A stretch of DNA of 33,073 nucleotides from Aquirhabdus sp. (GTDB lineage: Bacteria; Pseudomonadota; Gammaproteobacteria; Pseudomonadales; Moraxellaceae), in contig JASLJP010000198.1 in assembly GCA_030152425.1 (NCBI GenBank), forward strand, positions 1 to 33,073. Reading direction: 5' to 3'. Shown one piece after another: positions 27,930-33,073 of the stretch. The notes under the pieces were generated by a model. The model ran no database searches. It was not told where the DNA came from and saw nothing but the letters and a program-made list of their open reading frames with translations. Every line of letters begins with the position of its first letter. Position 1 is the stretch's first letter. A program made the position numbers and the translations under genes.

Positions 27930-29057
27930 TTAGTTCAGCAGATCATCGACCTTCACGTTGCTGTCCACCGAGCTTTCGTCCCAGAATTTGGTCAAGCCAT
28001 CTTCAGGTGCGCGTTTGCCGGTTTTGTCGGTCCAGTAACGGTCGGCGATACCCCAAACCAGATGACCACCCATGGCGTCAAACAGTTTGTATTTCGGATT
28101 GACCGGCATGTTTTGGTCGACTGAATGACCGTAGGTTTTCAGTGCGTCACGGATCAGCTCATCTTTACCGGTGGCTTGTGCAGCCAGGGCATAAACGGCG
28201 TGTGACATACGGACGCCTTTACGCTCGCCCAGACGGGTAGAGTCTTTCAGGGTTTGATATGGATCAGGTTTGCCTTCACCGGCACCTGGCAGCAGCACCC
28301 AGATCGAGGCACGAACGGCCATCGGCACGCCCCAGAACTGTTCGTTGTTGATACATTTCATACCGCGCTCAACCACTGCCGCGATGTCTTTCGGTACGTT
28401 GACCGCACCTTGCGAGCTGATGTCGTTGACGATCGCTTGCAGACCGGTCAGCAGACCAATCAGGTAGATGGTTTTGTCCAGATCGGTTTTCATCGCTGGG
28501 CATTCTTCGCCGAGCTTCACTTTGTATTCACGTTCCCACGTTTCTTGGAACATTTGATAGGCGGCATATTGGCGACGTGCAGCAACGGTCGACCAGCGTT
28601 TCTGGGCGATACGCGCATCTTCCGCTTCTTCGACTTTACCGTTATGCGCCGAGCGCAGGTAGGTCAGCTCGTGCTCAAGCGCAGTGTCTTCGGCACACAT
28701 CGCAGCACCGGCATACATCAGCACCGCAACGCGAGTCGCGTCTGCACCCATGGCGGCAGTCGCCAAAATCGCAGGTTGCAGTGAGGTACCAGATACGCAG
28801 ACCATGTTCACGTCATCAAGTGACAGAATCGGAGGCAGAATTTGGCCTTCAGCAAAACGCAAACCGATATTTGCACCAGTCTTGTAGACTTGGGCACAAC
28901 CCGACAGCGTCAGTGCAGCCGTCACGGCGATGATTGCGCTTTTGCCAAGGAGGTTCTTCGAAATAAGGTTTTGCAGTGCTGATTTGCTAAAAATTTTACG
29001 TAAAACAGGAGTTGTTTTCTGCGCCAGCTTTGGGGCATTTGACGAACGATCTAACAT
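27930..29057 (-). CDS. Alpha-helical lipoprotein, candidate TatT (TRAP T component)
   Basis: Lipobox LSGC; ILSLDDVNMV resembles the TatT N-terminal IL..DD..LV motif as recalled; sits next to TRAP P and M genes. The CDS is secure, the family call less so. Confidence 0.65.
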   Translation of the reverse strand: MLDRSSNAPKLAQKTTPVLRKIFSKSALQNLISKNLLGKSAIIAVTAALTLSGCAQVYKTGANIGLRFAEGQILPPILSLDDVNMVCVSGTSLQPAILATAAMGADATRVAVLMYAGAAMCAEDTALEHELTYLRSAHNGKVEEAEDARIAQKRWSTVAARRQYAAYQMFQETWEREYKVKLGEECPAMKTDLDKTIYLIGLLTGLQAIVNDISSQGAVNVPKDIAAVVERGMKCINNEQFWGVPMAVRASIWVLLPGAGEGKPDPYQTLKDSTRLGERKGVRMSHAVYALAAQATGKDELIRDALKTYGHSVDQNMPVNPKYKLFDAMGGHLVWGIADRYWTDKTGKRAPEDGLTKFWDESSVDSNVKVDDLLN

Positions 29058-29246
29058 TTTATGTCATTCCTTGGATGAGTTGTATCCCTACACTACGCGA
29101 CGATAACACGAAGCACGGCTAGATTAAAGCCAAAAGCCATGAAAAAAACACCGATATTACAAAGCCGGTCTCAATTTTAGGCCATTTTGTCGGGTTCCTA
29201 CGATGGACTGCTGTACAAGCGTGCAGACAAGACGATTCATGGCGAT

Positions 29247-29275
29247 AAAAAAACCCAATCGATCCGATTGGGTTT
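29247..29275 (-). terminator. pnp terminator
   Basis: AAACCCAATCG-ATC-CGATTGGGTTT with a U tract on the minus strand. Confidence 0.9.
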
Positions 29276-29331
29276 ACGCTAAAATCGGCAGGGTATAAAC
29301 GTGCGTCTAAACCCTGATTTTTAGTTTGATA

Positions 29332-31425
29332 TTAAACCGCTGCTGCGACATCTTTCATCGACAGTTTGATACGACCGCGTTGGTCGACATCCTGTACGAT
29401 CACGCGTACTTTTTGACCTTCGGCCAGCACATCGCTGACGTTGGCAATGCGTTCGTTGGAGATTTGTGAAATGTGCAGCAGGCCATCGGTGCCCGGCAGC
29501 AGATTGACAAATGCACCAAACTCGACGATACGCACCACAGTGCCTTCGTAGATGGTACCTGGCTCGATCTCAGCGGTGATCGCTTGGATCTTGGCAATCG
29601 CGGCTTGCGCTGCGGCTTTGCTTTCGCCAAATACACGTACAGTGCCGTTGTCTTCGATGTCGATCGACGCTTTGGTTTCTTCGGTCAGGGCGCGGATGGT
29701 GGCGCCGCCTTTACCGATGATGTCACGGATCTTGTCTGGGTTGACTTGGATCACCGCAAAGGTCGGGGCATACATGTTGATTTCGGTACGGCTGCGTGCC
29801 AGTACTTGGTTCATGCCATTCAGGATATGGATACGGCCTTGGTAGGCTTGGCTGAGTGCCAGTTCCATGATCTCTTCGGTGATGCCTTCGATCTTGATGT
29901 CCATTTGCAGTGCGGTGATGCCGTTGGCAGAACCAGCCACTTTAAAGTCCATGTCGCCCAGATGATCTTCATCACCCAAGATGTCAGACAGCACCGCAAA
30001 GCGCTCGCCTTCTTTGACCAGACCCATCGCGATACCGGCGACGGGGGCTTTCAGCGGCACACCGGCATCCATCAGCGCAAGGCTGGCACCACAGACCGAG
30101 GCCATCGACGACGAACCGTTTGATTCGGTGATGTCCGATACGATACGGATGACGTAGGGGAAGCGGTCTGCTGCAGGCAGTACAGGGTAGACACCACGAC
30201 GTGCCAAACGGCCATGACCGATTTCGCGGCGTTTAGGACCGGATTCACGACCGGTTTCACCGACCGAGTAGGCAGGGAAGTTGTAGTGCAGCATGAATGG
30301 ATCGGTCTTGGTACCAGCCAGTGAGTCGACCATCAACGCATCACGGGTGTTACCCAGTGTGGCGGTGACGAGGGCTTGGGTTTCACCACGGGTGAACAGT
30401 GCTGAACCGTGAGCACGCGGCAACACGCCGACTTGGATGTCCAGTGCACGGACGGTTTTGGTGTCGCGGCCGTCGATGCGTGGCTTGCCCGACAGGATAT
30501 TGTCACGCACGGTGCGGTATTTGAGATCTTCAAAGTAGTTTTGCAGTTCACCGGCATCGACATCGCTGCCTTCTGGTGCAAACTCGGCCAGCGCCGCTTG
30601 TTTGATGGCATCCAGTTTTTCGTAGCGCAGGGCTTTTTCGGTTTCGGTGTAGGCAACGCTGATCTCTTCGGCGAAGCGTGCAGCCAGACGGCCTTTCAGT
30701 TCGTCGTTTTGTACGGCAGGTGCCCATGTGCTGGCTGGGGTGCCGACTTCGGCGGCAAACTCTTTGATCGCCTGGATCACGACTTGCATTTCGTCATGGC
30801 CAAACAACACTGCGCCAAGCATTTGATCTTCAGACAGTTCTTTGGCTTCGGATTCAACCATCAACACCGCTTTGTCCGTACCGGCAACCACCAGATCCAA
30901 GTCACTGCGGCTCAGCTCTTCGGTGGATGGGTTCAGGATATAGTCGCCGTCGATGAATGCAACACGTGCACCACCGATAGGGCCGTTGAACGGTACGCCC
31001 GCGATGGACATCGCCGCGCTGGTGCCGATCATGGCGGCGATATCGGCTTCCATGGTTTTGTCCGAGGACACGACAGTCGCGGTGACTTGTACTTCGTTGA
31101 AGTAGCCTTCTGGGAACAATGGACGGATTGGACGGTCGATCAGACGGCTGATCAGGGTTTCACTTTCTGACGCACGGCCTTCACGTTTGCCGTAGCCACC
31201 CGGGATACGACCGGCTGCATATTGTTTTTCTTGATAGTTTACGGTCAGGGCGAAGAAGTCTTGGCCTGGTTTTGCTTTTTTTGCGGCAACCACGGCGACC
31301 AATACGGTCACGCCACCGAGGGTGACCAATACGGAGTTGGCTTGACGGGCGATACGGCCAGTTTCGAGTACCAATAAATGACGACCAAATTGCACTTCTT
31401 TACGCACGATATTAAACATCGACAT
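29332..31425 (-). CDS. pnp: Polyribonucleotide nucleotidyltransferase (PNPase)
   Basis: [32 protein letters not shown] and S1 domains. Confidence 0.99.
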   Translation of the reverse strand: MSMFNIVRKEVQFGRHLLVLETGRIARQANSVLVTLGGVTVLVAVVAAKKAKPGQDFFALTVNYQEKQYAAGRIPGGYGKREGRASESETLISRLIDRPIRPLFPEGYFNEVQVTATVVSSDKTMEADIAAMIGTSAAMSIAGVPFNGPIGGARVAFIDGDYILNPSTEELSRSDLDLVVAGTDKAVLMVESEAKELSEDQMLGAVLFGHDEMQVVIQAIKEFAAEVGTPASTWAPAVQNDELKGRLAARFAEEISVAYTETEKALRYEKLDAIKQAALAEFAPEGSDVDAGELQNYFEDLKYRTVRDNILSGKPRIDGRDTKTVRALDIQVGVLPRAHGSALFTRGETQALVTATLGNTRDALMVDSLAGTKTDPFMLHYNFPAYSVGETGRESGPKRREIGHGRLARRGVYPVLPAADRFPYVIRIVSDITESNGSSSMASVCGASLALMDAGVPLKAPVAGIAMGLVKEGERFAVLSDILGDEDHLGDMDFKVAGSANGITALQMDIKIEGITEEIMELALSQAYQGRIHILNGMNQVLARSRTEINMYAPTFAVIQVNPDKIRDIIGKGGATIRALTEETKASIDIEDNGTVRVFGESKAAAQAAIAKIQAITAEIEPGTIYEGTVVRIVEFGAFVNLLPGTDGLLHISQISNERIANVSDVLAEGQKVRVIVQDVDQRGRIKLSMKDVAAAV

Positions 31426-31496
31426 ACGATCTATTCCTTTTTAAAACAGTAATTTTTTCAGGCCTTAAAACAACAATAAGGCTAAGGCCTACTTCG

Positions 31497-31623
31497 CACA
31501 TGGAAGCCCCTAACGACGGTTGTTTTTTGGATTCTTAAAAAGAACAAATCAACTTGCTGATAATAAGAATTATTTTTTTCGGCTGGCGCCGCAAACAAAC
31601 GTAGTTAGAAGCCTCTCCACATG
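31497..31623 (-). promoter_or_regulatory. Long imperfect stem in the pnp leader, probable RNase III site
   Basis: Arms 31593-31623 and 31497-31525 pair over about 28-30 nt; most mismatches become G:U pairs on the minus strand. Confidence 0.7.
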
Positions 31624-31864
31624 TACACCAACAAGCACAATCACCACCGCACGAGGCTCGACCTACTGCGCCGCAGCATCCCCTCGCCGATCCTATCGAC
31701 AATACAGATGCAAGGCATGCAGATCACGATCCGCCATATCGTGCCGCACGATGAAAGCACATTTAACCGCATAAACTCAACAACTATTCGACAGTGATTC
31801 AACAGCGATCACGCAACATCGCGGTCGCCCGGCAGGTCGCGTGTCGATGTAAATCCCATACAGC

Positions 31865-31888
31865 AAAAAAGGGAGCGCAGGCTCCCTT
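31865..31888 (-). terminator. rpsO terminator
   Basis: AAGGGAGC-N4-GCTCCCTT with a 6-nt U tract on the minus strand. Confidence 0.9.
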
Positions 31889-31943
31889 CTTCGATCATTC
31901 TAACCAACCAGATTCATCACGGTAAAATCTGTGAATCGCAATC

Positions 31944-32213
31944 TTAGCGACGCAGACCCAAAGTACCGATCAGTGATTGATAACGCTCGCCGTCTTTACC
32001 TTTGAGGTAGTCCAGCAGTTTACGACGTTGGTTGACCATACGGATCAAACCACGACGGCTATGATGGTCATGCTTGTGTGCTTTGAAATGGCTTTGCAGG
32101 TCGTTGATGGTTGCAGACAGCAACGCAACTTGAACTTCTGGTGAACCTGTATCGTTTTCTGCGCGAGCAAATTTAGCGATAATGGCGGCGCGATCAGCAT
32201 TGGTTAATGCCAT
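31944..32213 (-). CDS. rpsO: 30S ribosomal protein S15
   Basis: MALTNADR...[12 protein letters not shown]...DHHSRRGL...LGLRR, 89 aa; GGAG Shine-Dalgarno. Confidence 0.99.
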   Translation of the reverse strand: MALTNADRAAIIAKFARAENDTGSPEVQVALLSATINDLQSHFKAHKHDHHSRRGLIRMVNQRRKLLDYLKGKDGERYQSLIGTLGLRR

Positions 32214-32272
32214 GATGTCTTCTCCGAGATGCATGAATAAGATAATGTCTGCCGTGCATCACTACAGCAGGT
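32214..32272 (-). promoter_or_regulatory. Putative S15 autoregulatory leader (pseudoknot)
   Basis: Stem CUGCUGU/ACGGCAG; its loop GAUGC(A) can pair with (U)GCAUC just before the Shine-Dalgarno. Confidence 0.65.
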
Positions 32273-32277
32273 GGCGG

Positions 32278-32306
32278 ATTATACGGCAAGAATTCCCCGA
32301 TTACCA
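32278..32306 (-). promoter_or_regulatory. Sigma70 promoter of rpsO
   Basis: Perfect TATAAT at 32278-32283, weak -35 TGGTAA at 17 bp, GC-rich discriminator. Confidence 0.65.
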
Positions 32307-32327
32307 GCCTTTAGCGCAGGGAGATGC

Positions 32328-33073
32328 CTATTCTACAGGCGGCGCGTTGCGTACGGACGCATTGGGCGGCGAGACGTGTGAATAGTCATGCACTGCCACA
32401 TCGGCCTCCTGATAGTGCTCGACCTCTGGGCGGCTCATGGCGCAGGCATGCTCCTCGCACTGGATAGCGACGTGGTGGATGGCAAAACGTTTGCCCAGCA
32501 TGTCCATGGCGTCTTCCAGCACCTCCTGCGGCGCGCGCGCCGGGCAGACCAGATGCACGGTCAGCGATACCTTGCTCACGGTCAGCGACCAGACATGCAG
32601 ATCGTGCAGGCTCTCGACCCCCGCCACACTTTGCAGCGCCTGACGTACCTCAGCGACATCAATGCCTGCAGGCACGCCTTCGAGCAGGATATGTACGCTT
32701 TGCTTAAACAGACTCCACGTCCGTGGCAGCACCCACAGCCCGATCAGGATCGCCGTGACCGAGTCGACCCACCACCACTGGGTAAAATAAATGATCACCC
32801 CGCCGACGATCACCGCAGCCGAGCCGACCATATCGGCCAGCACCTCAAGGTAGGCGGCGCGCATATTCAGACTGTCGTCGCCGCCACTGCTGATGATCTT
32901 CATACAGATCAGGTTGATGAGTAGCCCGATGACGGCGACAGCCATCATACCGCCGGAATGCAGCGCCGGTGGGGTAGACAGCCGCTCGTAGGCCTCATAC
33001 AAGATGTAGCCTGCCACTGCAAACAGCAGCACGGCGTTCAGGATCACGGCCAGAATCTCGAAGCGGTAGTAGC
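32328..33073 (-). CDS. CDF-family Zn/Co/Cd transporter, CzcD/ZitB-like (5' end outside window)
   Basis: YYRFEILA, SLNMRAAYLEVLADMVGS, ILLEGVP, HDLHVWSL. Confidence 0.93.
   Translation of the reverse strand, partial: YYRFEILAVILNAVLLFAVAGYILYEAYERLSTPPALHSGGMMAVAVIGLLINLICMKIISSGGDDSLNMRAAYLEVLADMVGSAAVIVGGVIIYFTQWWWVDSVTAILIGLWVLPRTWSLFKQSVHILLEGVPAGIDVAEVRQALQSVAGVESLHDLHVWSLTVSKVSLTVHLVCPARAPQEVLEDAMDMLGKRFAIHHVAIQCEEHACAMSRPEVEHYQEADVAVHDYSHVSPPNASVRNAPPVE

Noticed and set aside
29059..29067. Minimal upstream ORF ATG-ACA-TAA before the TatT-like gene
   Set aside because: Its ATG abuts the AAGGA Shine-Dalgarno with no spacing, so it is probably chance.
29473..31170. Long plus-strand ORFs (216 and 253 aa) opposite pnp, and similar ones opposite kup, the RND permease, prlC and the TRAP genes
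   Set aside because: Shadow ORFs expected from codon bias in GC-rich genes; no recognisable motifs.
31520..31774. 84-aa ORF in the rpsO-pnp spacer
   Set aside because: TTG start, no Shine-Dalgarno, no protein-like features, and it overlaps the pnp leader structure.
1..33073. CRISPR arrays, integrases, IS elements, prophage or defence genes
   Set aside because: None recognised. The endonuclease has a signal peptide and belongs to a common secreted family.

Overview
Bacterial chromosomal window, most likely a relatively GC-rich member of the Moraxellaceae (RpsO and PNPase closely resemble the Acinetobacter proteins as I recall them). The left part (1-10400), next to the 3' end of tRNA-Ser(GGA), is an accessory-looking envelope cluster. 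It holds a partial sensor kinase, a DUF4382 lipoprotein, a GFA protein, a NarL-type two-component pair, two paralogous modular lipoproteins, a DUF4124 protein, a glycine-zipper lipoprotein and a class I glutamine amidotransferase. The middle holds kup, a secreted DRGH endonuclease, a mexL-mexJK-like TetR/RND locus, prlC-yheV, a membrane-anchored coiled-coil protein and a DMT transporter. The right part holds a TRAP permease, a rhombosortase, an AdeT/DUF6091-like binding protein, a TatT-like lipoprotein, pnp, rpsO and a partial CDF transporter. Best leads: (1) both paralogous lipoprotein genes carry the same CCCC-N8-GGGG box at nearly the same distance from a -10 element, suggesting a small regulon of the adjacent two-component system; (2) a probable TPAT (T/P/QM) TRAP system with a rhombosortase gene inside it and a structured 5' leader on the permease. 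All family calls are from motif recognition by eye; no searches were run.
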